DNA of 64,000 nt from NCBI GenBank assembly GCA_965644495.1, contig CBFFSA010000001.1, forward strand, positions 3,782,001-3,846,000, given 5' to 3'. Within the stretch, counting starts at the first letter, position 1; every line of letters begins with the position of its first letter. The notes beneath the pieces were generated by a model that saw only the letters and a program-made list of their open reading frames with translations, searched no databases and was not told where the DNA came from. A program made the position numbers and the translations under genes. Of the stretch, positions 11,501-21,670 are shown in pieces. This DNA comes from Perkinsela sp. CCAP 1560/9. Taxonomy: Eukaryota; Protista; Euglenozoa: Kinetoplastea.

Positions 11501-11902
11501 GTTGAGTGAGTCCACTGAGTGAGTCCCACGGGGGTGGGAGAGTGTTGTGGAAGAGTGGCCTGCTGGCCATGTTGTGGAAGGGTGGCCAGCTGGCCATGTT
11601 GTGGAAGTGACCATGTTTTGGAAGTGGCCATGTTGTGGAAGTGACCATGTTTTAGAAGTGGCCAATTTGTGGAAGGGTGGCCAGCTGGCCACCAAAAACA
11701 CGGTATGTGCTTCGTCGAAAAGTGGCCAGCTGGCCACCAAAAACACGGTTTGCATTTTGTATATATGTAGAGAAAAAAAAACGAGCAGGGTCATACTTCA
11801 AAAAAAAGATTTCAGAAGCTTGTTTCCTTCAAGATTACTTGTCACGAGGTAAAGCACGACCCGCGCCAGCGGGTCTGCACCGCCTCGAACGGCCCGCCGT
11901 AT

Positions 11903-12107
11903 AACCCAGATTGAAAGGGGCGAGGGTGATACGAAGCAACAGGCGTGGCAGATTCCCACTGAAAAGAAATGGTATCTCCCTCACGAAGTTTGTCTCCGAG
12001 CTAGAAAGCGCAAAGGCTTTTCTCGTGCGGGGAGATACCATTTCTTTTCAGTGGGAATCTGCCACGCCTGTTGCTTCGTATCTCCCTCGCCCCTTTCAAT
12101 CTGGGTT
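11903..12107. mobile_element. Fold-back MITE with about 84-bp near-perfect inverted repeats
   Basis: AACCCAGATTGAAAGGGGCGAGGG..GGTATCTCCCTCACGA is mirrored by TCGTGCGGGAGATACC..CCCCTTTCAATCTGGGTT. The CCC..GGG ends lie in ATAA/TTTA context, which is piggyBac-like but uncertain. Confidence 0.8.
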
Positions 12108-12359
12108 TAATTACGCTTTTAAGGTTATTTTTGGCTAAAATTAATCTTAATTAAATTAACCGTAATATACTCGTAAGTTAATAATTTTTGAACACACTTT
12201 TTGAGCGCCCAAGCCATTGGATTCGTCTGTGATCATTTTATAAAGGTTTGTGTTTCGTATGAAAGTGAGGTCGATGGTGATAGACATGAAAAAAAGTATT
12301 TTGTTTCGGGGCTAAAAATAATCTTAAATAAAGATAACCGTAATTAAAAATAATGTCAC

Positions 12360-13125
12360 TTTTTTAGGCTCTTCGTTAAACGCGGTGGTTGTTTTCAACT
12401 TAGAAGTCACTCATGCTGCGCGCTTCGCGTTGAAAACTACCGCCGCGCTTAACGAAGAGCCTAAAAAAGAAAATTTAGCCTGGAAAACGGAAAAATTATA
12501 GCCAAAAATAGCCGAATTTCGGGTAAAAATGGGGTGATTTTCGCGTATTTTTGCTGTCAGAGCACTAAATCCGACATTTGCGCGTGGGAAATCACTCGTA
12601 GGCATGAGTGTCAGTATAGTTCGAAGTATCACTTCGAAGAAGTGATACCTTGCGAAAACAACTGCGGAGAAAGCTAGTGTAGGTCCCAAACTATCAAAAT
12701 ACAATAGGGGAAACGATTTTGGAAAAATATTTTTTTTGTCATTTTTCTCGCCAATTTGAAATTTTTTTCAAAAAAATTTTTCCGAAAATATCCGAACTTG
12801 GCGGACCCGTCCTGCGGATACGCGCGGGGGTCACCCCCGGGTAGGGGGGTGGAAAATGCGCGCCAAGACCCCGGCTACCCTTTCTGCGGTTTTTTTTCGA
12901 AAACTAATTTTTTCGAAAAAATTTGCTCGACCATGACCCCCCCCCTGGACCCCCCCCATGGACCCCCCATTTTTTTCAAATTTTTTTTTCAGTTTTGGTC
13001 CACCGGAGCCCCCTTTTATATTTTTTTCTTCTATTATATTACTGTGTTCCCCTTTATATTTTCACTGTTTTTGTTCACTTTTTTTTCAATAATCGAGTGT
13101 AGAGCGGTAGTTTTACAACCACCGC
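12360..13125 (+). mobile_element. Repeat family B, most complete copy
   Basis: Palindrome at 12360-12467, GC-rich core at 12790-12970, 3' hairpin GCGGTAGTTTTACAACCACCGC near 13103-13124. Similar to 6300-6888, 47702-48500 and 55850-57122. Confidence 0.75.
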
Positions 13126-13132
13126 AACCGTG

Positions 13133-14059
13133 TTATAATCCACTCCTATTTGAATACTTCACTGTACTCAAGTTATATTGCTTCGTGTCATGGTTGCAGA
13201 CTCCTAGAAAATTATGCTGCGTAGAATTACACGTGTCTTGTACAATAGGGTGATCGACATCAAGGAGTGTCAACGAAGTTAAATAAAGTTGCCGAGGGCG
13301 AATACGCCAGTCGACGCACTCACTGTTCCACAGAAGTCCGAATGCCGACTTCAGAAATTCTTTGCTATGCTGATTGTAGTGGAGCAGTTTGTGTTTGTCT
13401 AAATGCCCAAAAAAACGTTCTCTTCGGTTTCTCACACGTCGAAAATCTATGTTAAATAGGTCATCGACGGAAGAACCTGTTTCTTGGCGTGGGCAGTGGC
13501 GCACAGATCGGTAAGTTTTGTCTGCAATCACCATTTCATCCACCTTGTGGGTTCATCCATAAATATCGGACCCAGCCAAGCATTCACTGTCGTGCATGCT
13601 ACCTTCAAAGGGTCCACTCCACGCTAAGGGACAGCCGTCGATCATGATGAAGACCTGAAAAGTCCAGTATTTTGTGGCGTGCTTTCCGTTATACAGACTT
13701 TGCGGGCCCCTTCTGAAGACAGGAAGTCCATCGACAATTGAAGTACACATAAAATAGTTCTCTTCACGCACTCTAAATCTTCTTTCAACATCAGCCATGT
13801 TTCCTACGTTGTTGGAGGCAGCAAGAACAGGTTCCATAATCGACTTTCTAAACCATGTAGGAGAAAAAAGACGATTGCCAATGTAAGGATAAAGAACAGC
13901 ACAAGCCTGTTCGAAAGTTAAATTCATGTGCAACATAGAAATAGCGAAAACTTGAATGTTGGAGCAATTAAACGTCTGTGAAAGGTACTGAACAATGTCG
14001 GGGTTGTATCCGGTGAAAGCATGGCACACAAGGGTCCAAGGCAACATGGGATTTGACAT
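13133..14059 (-). pseudogene. PIF/Harbinger (IS5-like, DDE_Tnp_4) transposase with one in-frame TGA
   Basis: IVDGLPV, YNGKH, GPFEGSMHD, VIADKTY, R..RERFFGHL. ORFs 13553-14059 and 13133-13543 are in the same frame. Confidence 0.85.
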
Positions 14060-14316
14060 ACAATACCAGTATGAAACACTGCGTTAGGATAAGAAAACAC
14101 TTGCTAGAAACTGTTAACAAATAGAAGCGCTCAAAAAATTGCAGAAATGAAAAACAGAAGAAGAGCTTTCATTAGACAAAGCAATAAAATATTGTTTCAT
14201 GAACACAAGAGTAACAGCAACAACGTAGAACGACTAGCAACTTTTATAACTTGTTTGTACCTATGCCACTTTCTACTTTTCGTTTACCGGTCTTCGTACA
14301 TGTACCTTTTTCCTTT

Positions 14317-15321
14317 TCACTTTCGAATGGAACGCGAACCTGCCTGGTCATATAATGATTTAGTTGGACGAGACAATTTTTGACCATCATAGATTAGAGG
14401 CGGTCTGTTTAATGCTTCACTGGATCGGCTATTTGACGCTTCCTGTCGACGAACGGTGTTATTCGCCTCCAGACTCTGCACACGAGCCTGTAAAATTGAG
14501 CACTGGTCCTTGAGGGATTGTACTTCACTTTTCAGTGCAAGAAATTCGTCTTGCAACTGATTTACGTCACGTGCCGTTTGCGATGCTGAAGCCTCCGTTA
14601 GGGAAACGACCCTCTTTATATCCCTGGTGCGCTCGCGACATCGCTTGGCCACTTCAGAGGAATCCCCACGTAAACTTCGCCAAACGCTACGAAACCATTC
14701 AGCAACAACTTCATGAGCACTAGAAGAATTCTCATACAAGCCAGAGTAACACTTCTTCAAGTACTCACATAGTTTTTTGGATAGCAATTCGAGCGGAAGC
14801 TCTTTCATGTTTAATCCCCATTTCCCGCACGCGCTTTTCCACTGCCAATAAGCTGGCATTTCTTCTTCCTTTACCCCGTTGAGCATTGAGCGCTCATCAT
14901 CTTTGAAGAACAATAATCCCGTATCACGCGATTGAGTCAACAAGACCAGAGCTTCCAATAATATACGCTCGTCGATGGGCACTCCACACAAAGAGCGCGT
15001 CACACCAGTATGCGCCATGTCTTGAACAAGATTCCGTCGCGCTACCAGCCATCCTGCACAGGTTTCCAAGATGTTCTCTTCTATACGATCTAGGAGATCC
15101 GCAGGTGGCATACGCTTCTCAGCATATTTTATGCTATTTTTTTCGGCCGCGCTCAGTCCCGCAAACTTGATATCCACTATTTCCTTACGGGTTAGTGGTA
15201 TCAAGAAGGTTTCTTTCATCTGGTGGCGCACCCACTTACGAAGACGTTCATAAGTGTCTGAGGAAGGATTTCCGTAGACGTCTTGATAAACGTTTTGATC
15301 GGGGGGCAAGTCGTGTTCCAT
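14317..15321 (-). CDS. Hypothetical protein with C-terminal coiled coil, probable accessory ORF of the PHIS-like element
   Basis: 334-aa intact ORF co-oriented directly upstream of the transposase and antisense to host genes. Confidence 0.65.
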   Translation of the reverse strand: MEHDLPPDQNVYQDVYGNPSSDTYERLRKWVRHQMKETFLIPLTRKEIVDIKFAGLSAAEKNSIKYAEKRMPPADLLDRIEENILETCAGWLVARRNLVQDMAHTGVTRSLCGVPIDERILLEALVLLTQSRDTGLLFFKDDERSMLNGVKEEEMPAYWQWKSACGKWGLNMKELPLELLSKKLCEYLKKCYSGLYENSSSAHEVVAEWFRSVWRSLRGDSSEVAKRCRERTRDIKRVVSLTEASASQTARDVNQLQDEFLALKSEVQSLKDQCSILQARVQSLEANNTVRRQEASNSRSSEALNRPPLIYDGQKLSRPTKSLYDQAGSRSIRK

Positions 15322-15796
15322 TCAAAAACGAGCCCGAAAAACTAGGTGCAAAACAAAAAATTGCTATTAAATATTTATTTTTTTGGTAGTCAAATTGCAC
15401 TATACAATTACAAAATACAAAATATAGATTAGAAAGAAACTGCATATTCTCCACAACTTAAGTGTCCGAACTTTTAACTCGACCGAACACGGGCGAACAC
15501 GGGCGAAGAACGCTAGAACCGAGCAGGCTTCACCCCTCTAAGGCAGTCGCAAAACTTCATAAATTTAACCCCGGGTCCATCATTGAAACTATTCGTTTTT
15601 TATTCTAAAGATCAACCGGAAACGTTTAAGAATATCTTCCGGGACTATCGTATTCGTTTACTCTTGGTCAAGGAGGCCAAATGGCATATGACTAAATACT
15701 GGAGAATACTTTGCACTCCTTTTCCGCGTCTTCTGACTTATTTTACCACTGTTCTTCATCCGAAACATTCGAAAAAGTACACCCAAAAAAGTTGTA

Positions 15797-16130
15797 CTGT
15801 GCCCCCCCCCTAGTTATCTGTCACACGTCACCCCCTAGTTATCTGTCACTTTTTGGCACTTCGAATTTTTTTTCGTCGACTACCCCACTAGTCGACTTTT
15901 TTATCTGTCACTTTTTAAAAATAGGGAAAATGCTTTTTTCTGAAAAAAATGATAAAATGAAACTTACATTTTTTCTTTTTGTGTTTCAAGCGAATGGTCG
16001 TGCGTGGTGCTATTATACACTGATGCTATATATACACTGATCCGCCTAGTTATCTGTCACACCCCTACCCCCCCTAGTTATCTGTCACCTTTTCGCGAAA
16101 AGCAGTGACAGATAAGTAGGGGGGGTACAG
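15797..16130. mobile_element. MITE with TA target duplication
   Basis: TA|CTGTGCCCCCCCCCCTAGTTATCTGTCAC .. GTGACAGATAAGTAGGGGGGGTACAG|TA, with repeated TTATCTGTCAC motif. Related fragment at about 45188-45310. Confidence 0.85.
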
Positions 16131-16289
16131 TAATTAGCTTTTTTGACCCCTACCTGGCTAGGGGGGTAGGGGGTCGCTCGAGTGAAAAGGATCTCTCATT
16201 CGGAACGATTGGGTCGAAAAACGGTGGTATACCAAATCTTTCCAAAATCGAACAAAATACAAGACCTGTAGGGGGGGTAAAAGAAGCTG

Positions 16290-17515
16290 ATCACCACTGT
16301 ATGTCCAGCTAAGGTTGTTGTCAAAATCTGTTGTATTTCCCGGGCATAGACATCCCCCATCGGCATGCGCATCATCTCATAAGTCGCCCCCCATATTGAA
16401 AGCGATAGTGCGCCCCAGCCTCACGGGGTCATTGTACTTGAAAGAAACCAGTCTTCAAATTCCTTTTTATAGATTGTTCATGAAGAATTTTCCCTACGTA
16501 AGAAATAGGCTGTCCAATTGGGACATTTGCTAGACATTTCATTTCTAACTCTTGGTTCTGTTGTTTTGGCCAGCAAATAAATCGACGGCGCGCTCCCTCT
16601 GCTCCTTCTTCGTGTGTTGTAAAAGGTATTACCTCGCCTTTCGTAGGACGACTCTTTAATTCGTCGTAGTCTACCCTTCGTATAATGTTTGATTTCACTA
16701 ATTGTACCAAGTCTGCTTCTGAAACAGGATTTACTTATAGGAGAAAATTTTGTGTAGCGATTATTGCATGTGGGAGAAATTAAAAGTTTCCAGATTTCGT
16801 CAAATCTTTCTTTGACAGCGGATGTCATCCATTGCATCAATGTATTCAAATCCAGAGCAGTCACGTTAGGGGTATGAATAGGTAACTTTATCTGTTCTGG
16901 CGTGGGCTTCTGACACGTTCGATGGTGGCGCGACCACACTCTACGACTTCTAAATTGCGCATGTTTCTCTTTTGTATCCCATGATATGCCTAGTTGGGTC
17001 GGTCCCGTTTCCTTTACAACAATCTCGTTGCATGCTGGGTCCCCAAAGCTCGGGCTGTATTTTCGTTTATCCCGGAATATCGGAGGAGTGAAGATATTTG
17101 GCGATGGTTGGTCAGGCGCATAACCTCCTCCATAGTTACTTTCCCATGCGCAACACTCTCCATTAATTGGTGAACACCCCCGCGCTTGATGGAATGGGAC
17201 GAATATTCCTTCCCCAGGTGGCTTCGTAAGAAGCGGGTGATATGGATCGACCCAAGACTCGTAATTCGAGTGCAGGGGGGAAGGATTGCGCAAATACTGG
17301 TACAGACGGTTGGTATGTGTACCATCGAAAACAAACCATTGTATCGGGGCGAAAAAGTTGAGCCTTTGTAGTCTTCGTTTTGTGGCCCCAGTAAAGGACA
17401 ATGCAGTCCGGTCGCAATACTATGAAATCTTTCCGCATCAGATGACTAACTTCCCCCGATCGGGAGGCAGTTTTGTGGGCTATAAGGACCGTTGCCGCCA
17501 TTTCGGGCGTCATAA
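16290..17515 (-). mobile_element. Tyrosine-recombinase retroelement fragment (TATE/VIPER-like, YR followed by RT)
   Basis: YR motifs ASRSGEV, KTKT, HSIKRGG, LTNH..LLRY. The downstream frameshifted RT-like region has LPIH, RRRFICWP, LKTGFFQV and MRMPMG. Confidence 0.8.
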
Positions 17516-17524
17516 ATGGTAGTA

Positions 17525-18040
17525 CTATCCCCCCCCTATCCTAGCGTTGCCCCGGTACCCCCTCTTATTAGCGTTGCTTTTGAAGTTCATCCTGCCGCGA
17601 AGCGGCAATTTGTTTTTCATTTTTTCCATTCATTTTTTGTGGTCATATTCATGCAAAAATATGAAATTATTATCTTCGAAGTAATTTCTTTTTGGGTCGC
17701 TTCGCTAACCCAAGTGTCATGTCAACCCGAGTGCGCAGAACATAATTTTATGAGGTCTTCCTTTTACGAACACCTACTTAATTTTCTAATGAATAGGAAG
17801 AAATTATAAAAACGTAATTTGATTACATCATTTTCTTAATCCTTTTAATAAGACATGGCCCGTCTAAGGTCAATTAGATCATTATAAATTATTTATTATC
17901 CACAACCCCGTAATCGCATTCACACTCCTCACCACATCCCACAACATCTTCGGCTTACCAATTTTTGTGTCCCTGTTTTTGACTCCCCCTCCTAGCGTTG
18001 CTTTTTACGAAAACCAGGCAACGCTAGGATAGGAGGATAG
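17525..18040. mobile_element. MITE with TA target duplication
   Basis: TA|CTATCC..CCTATCCTAGCGTTGCC .. GGCAACGCTAGGATAGGAGGATAG|TA. Confidence 0.85.
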
Positions 18041-18742
18041 TAAGCGGTTGATTTGTATTTGGTTGCTCGGTTTTTCTTGATTGCATTGGGAGACTCTTTA
18101 AAGTTATAAAGTGAAAGTAGACAACTTGCTAAAACATTTATAAATATTATAATTTTCTTTCATGGGTTGAGCCGGAATCAAAAATACTTTCTCAAGTTCT
18201 CGAAAATGTTTTTTGATGATGCGGTCCATTAACGACCAAATAATTTCAAGGCGTTGTGGGAAGGTACATTGCACTGTTTGGTGAGTAATTGTGAGTAGTT
18301 TCATTTTTGGCTGAGTTGGAATACTGGCCCTTTATACATTTAACGGGAGTTTCCATCAAATGCATACATGAATGAGAAACCAATTATGAAGAAAAAATGT
18401 CCTAAAAAAATAAACCAAACGGGAAATTTAGAAAAATTCGGGAAAAACAAGCATTTTTTCGTGTATTTTGTAGCTATGATGGACGTAGGAGTTGGTATGG
18501 GCAAAAAGACCGCGGAAATCGCTTTAATTTTTTGAGCTCTGTAGAATGTCGAAGGAATTAGGTCAAAAGCTCTTACGAGAGGGGGGACCATTGCCTGGAC
18601 GGTACTTCTCTTGCGTGTGTAGATCATAAGTGTTCTGCTATAAATTAATCTCACATGAATTTTATATACGTTTAACGTCTAGCAATGTATATTCGTTTTG
18701 TCTTGCCACCAGTTCTGTAGGATCACATTTCCTTTCTATCAC

Positions 18743-21322
18743 ATGAGCACGCATGAAATACTAGCTAAGGACGCCGAAATAAGCCAGCTGAAACTGCGAT
18801 TGCGTCAAGTTCAGCATCAACTTGCATCGGCAATTGCCAAACCCGGTTCGAATACTACGAGCTCGTTTTCTGAATCGACTCCTGGGGACAGTGCGACTGA
18901 TAAGGAAAAAAATACTCACACTTTTTCTGAATCACACCACTCTTCCATAGAGAGGGTAACGAAAAGGAAATTAGCGGATGACATAGTCGATGGTGCAGCT
19001 TCGAGACGAAGGGCTGTACCATCCTCAAAGAGTATACCAGGAACGAAAGAAACACAAAACAGAGCACAAGTCGCTGCGGATGCAGAAATTCTGAAATCGT
19101 TGCACACAAAGATCGACGAAATTTTACAGTGCTGTGTCCACATGAAATCTTCTTCCCAAGAGGTTGAAGAGCGATCTACTCGGAAGGAGGTCACAAAGGA
19201 ACCAAGTCCAGTAATATTACAGGAACTTTACAAGGCAATAAGCGAGCTGTCCGAAAAGTTCACAAAAAATACGCAAATATCCGAGAAGCAATTGCTCCAG
19301 AGGTTGGAAAAATTAGAGCGAAATATAGCCAAATTTGAACGCGGTACGATCGATGCATTGCATAAGCTAAAAAATACAGTCATCACATTGGGTAAACAAG
19401 AGTCCTCAATGATACAAACTGAATGCGAAGGAGACGCTTCCCCACTTTCCCATGCACTAACATCTCAGGGAATTGCCTCTGTCTTACAAGTATGTGAACG
19501 CGATATCAAAGAAGTGGGGAACACCATTTCAAAACCTTCAAAGAAAGCTAAAACAGTTTCTTTGGAGGCTCGCAAACGGATTACTGCAATACCTAAGAAA
19601 AGGCCCGCGAAAAGTAGAAAAAATGTTCCGATCGTCGATGTCACACAAAGACCATTGCAAACGAGCGCTATTCTTGACACACAACCAGGTCAAACTACTT
19701 CCTTACGGTCTTTACCGCTGGATGAAGAGAAGCTCATTTCTAAACAATCTATCGACAACAGTACAACGACCCGCATTGCCATCCCATCCCCATCCCAAGA
19801 ACTCACACCGCCTCCCGCACCCACACAACACCTCGCCTCCCTCCCCCTCCCCGACTTGCTCCACTCCCTTATGCAACACCTCTCCGAGACCGCTCTCGTT
19901 ACCGATCACGAATCCATCCAATCCCTCTCCCGGGCCCACCTCCACCTCCTACGACGCACCCTCCCCTGCGTCACCCACCTCACCGCCCCCTTCCTCCACC
20001 TCCTCCGCACCCGGTGGACCTCCTGTCCCCCCCTCACCCTTCACCGCACCCTCCACACCCTCCTCGTCCTCCTCAAACGCGCCTTCCCCGTTCGCGACTT
20101 CACCCAGTCCTACGTCCATCTCGTCTCCCAAGCCTACTTCCTCCACGCCTCCACACTCCGTGCGCTCCCCGAGCCCGAGCTCAGAGTCCTATGCATCGCG
20201 TTCCAAGCCCTCACCGCAAAGGAGGGCCTCGCCCCCTCCTGGCTCCTCCTCTACTACGCCACCTGCGCCATCGGGCCTCGCTTCCCCGACACGCTGTTAA
20301 AATTCCTCACGGTGTTCCACAGCGTCTCCGGGAGCAGCGCTGCCCCGGCAGTGCTGGGGGGGGAGCCGTATCGCGGGGCCGCCCCCCACCCCGGGCTGCT
20401 CTATGCCACGCTGCACCTCACGCTGCTGCGGCTGTGTGCGGACTGCGGCCCCTCGTTAAAGGGGTTCCTCCACGATGCGGGGTTCCCCCCCTCCCCGAGT
20501 TATCATGTGGAGACGCTGTTACGGGTCGCGTTGCGACGGATCCGATCCCACCACAGCGGCGCCGGGGGGTGGGGGTTGCCAACGGGGGTGGGGGCCACGG
20601 GGTCGTGGGAGGAGAAGCCAAGGGTTCTCCCCGGGAAGGGCGCTGCTCCTTTTTATGAGGGGAAGAGGAGTGGGGGATCGGGTTCCTCTCCTGGGGAGGG
20701 GCTAAGAAAGGGAGAGGAGGAGCCACCAGGTTGTGTTGCTCCGTTTGTTGTGGATCTTGAGGCACGGCTGTCGTTACGACTGCTCGTGACCTCCACCATG
20801 GACCCCTCCCGGGCGGTTGGGTTTGTGCACCGCGAGCTCGCAGAGGGGTGGGGATGTGTGTCGATGTTGGCGGCATTGGTGGCGGCCTACCCCCGGCTCC
20901 CGGGGTGGCTGCCCCCGAGCCACCCGTTGATACAACAAGCCCTGGCGGTACTACGATGGCAACCTGCAGGAGGTGGAAGGGGAGAAAGGGGAGTAGAACA
21001 ACGGGGTAGTAGGGGGGAGGACAATTTCATGAACGCCGAGACTCCGGGGACGGGGACAAAGGGGAGACTGGACCCGTTGGAGGCGCTACAGATGGAGGCC
21101 GCCATTGTGGTGCTGAAATGCTGTGGTCCTGGGGTGGAGATGGAGAGTGTGTTCAGGGCCTTGGTGCCGTTTCTTCGACGCTGGGAACGGGAGGTGGATC
21201 TTGGGGCCTTGGAAGGAGGTAGTGAAGAGCGTGCGAACGCTTCATCGCAAACAGTGGATTTACGACAAAGCTTGTTAAGGGCTATCGTCGAAATCACAAA
21301 CGTGCGACACCGAAAAGAGTAG
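18743..21322 (+). CDS. Large hypothetical protein (coiled-coil N-half, helical/low-complexity C-half)
   Basis: About 860-aa open frame on the host strand. No family recognised. Confidence 0.75.
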   Translation: MSTHEILAKDAEISQLKLRLRQVQHQLASAIAKPGSNTTSSFSESTPGDSATDKEKNTHTFSESHHSSIERVTKRKLADDIVDGAASRRRAVPSSKSIPGTKETQNRAQVAADAEILKSLHTKIDEILQCCVHMKSSSQEVEERSTRKEVTKEPSPVILQELYKAISELSEKFTKNTQISEKQLLQRLEKLERNIAKFERGTIDALHKLKNTVITLGKQESSMIQTECEGDASPLSHALTSQGIASVLQVCERDIKEVGNTISKPSKKAKTVSLEARKRITAIPKKRPAKSRKNVPIVDVTQRPLQTSAILDTQPGQTTSLRSLPLDEEKLISKQSIDNSTTTRIAIPSPSQELTPPPAPTQHLASLPLPDLLHSLMQHLSETALVTDHESIQSLSRAHLHLLRRTLPCVTHLTAPFLHLLRTRWTSCPPLTLHRTLHTLLVLLKRAFPVRDFTQSYVHLVSQAYFLHASTLRALPEPELRVLCIAFQALTAKEGLAPSWLLLYYATCAIGPRFPDTLLKFLTVFHSVSGSSAAPAVLGGEPYRGAAPHPGLLYATLHLTLLRLCADCGPSLKGFLHDAGFPPSPSYHVETLLRVALRRIRSHHSGAGGWGLPTGVGATGSWEEKPRVLPGKGAAPFYEGKRSGGSGSSPGEGLRKGEEEPPGCVAPFVVDLEARLSLRLLVTSTMDPSRAVGFVHRELAEGWGCVSMLAALVAAYPRLPGWLPPSHPLIQQALAVLRWQPAGGGRGERGVEQRGSRGEDNFMNAETPGTGTKGRLDPLEALQMEAAIVVLKCCGPGVEMESVFRALVPFLRRWEREVDLGALEGGSEERANASSQTVDLRQSLLRAIVEITNVRHRKE

Positions 21323-21329
21323 GATGGTG

Positions 21330-21419
21330 AACCGATTAAGATACAGTTTCTGTGCCTCTTTTTGGTGCGAGGAGCTAATTTAAGAGTTTGATCTCTTTTG
21401 GAACAGGTGTTGTGCCTGT
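21330..21419 (+). ncRNA. Spliced-leader (mini-exon) RNA-like gene, divergent and solitary
   Basis: AACCGATTAAGATACAGTTTCTGTGCCTCTTTTTG|GTGCGAGGAGCT has the euglenozoan SL core ACAGTTTCTGT and a TTG|GT donor. Stem I AGTTTCTGTGCC/GGTGCGAGGAGCT, stem II AAGAG/CTCTT, TTTTGGAA Sm-like site, stem III ACAGG/CCTGT. Confidence 0.72.
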
Positions 21420-21670
21420 ATGTGTGATTCTTACACGAAAGAGGAATCAAGTCCGGGTTAGAAATCAGGTAAAGTGTCTTTACCTTCGTCTTTACCTTTG
21501 CATGTCTGCTTGTGTTTTTTATTGAAACTTCTTTAAAAGACATTAGCGTAGTACATACACACTACCATATCTGAGTTAAACCTTTTTTGGGTGCATTTTA
21601 CAGCACCACTGAATATAGAATTAACGAATCACACACTATTTCTCGTTCTTGCTGTTCTATTTCACACATC

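Larger units (their letters stand above)
9451..11780 (+). repeat. About 65-bp direct repeats bracketing the minisatellite
   Basis: AAAAGTGGCCAGCTGG(G)CCACCAAAAACACGGTTTGCATTTTGTATATAT at 9451-9515 and 11718-11780. Short GTGGCCATGTTGTGGAA repeats at 11545-11700. Confidence 0.8.
13133..15578 (-). mobile_element. Two-ORF PHIS/Harbinger-like element, 3' end not found
   Basis: GGACCC terminus (GGGTCC at 15573-15578) like the element at 49384-52539, with the same order of accessory ORF then transposase. Confidence 0.6.

Noticed and set aside
9390-11794. Cys/His-rich ORFs on the minus strand
   Set aside because: Open frames in several phases are a by-product of the satellite, and they are antisense to the host gene cluster.
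477-13555. Stop-codon reassignment (in-frame TGA at about 477, 2407 and 13553; also TAG at 43266)
   Set aside because: These occur only in decayed TEs and pseudogenes. Long housekeeping genes have no in-frame stops and end normally with TAA, TAG or TGA.
19473-21543. Overlapping alternative-frame and antisense ORFs (also around 34419-35767 and 39052-41988)
   Set aside because: Explained by stop-codon scarcity in C- or G-skewed sequence that overlaps better-supported genes.
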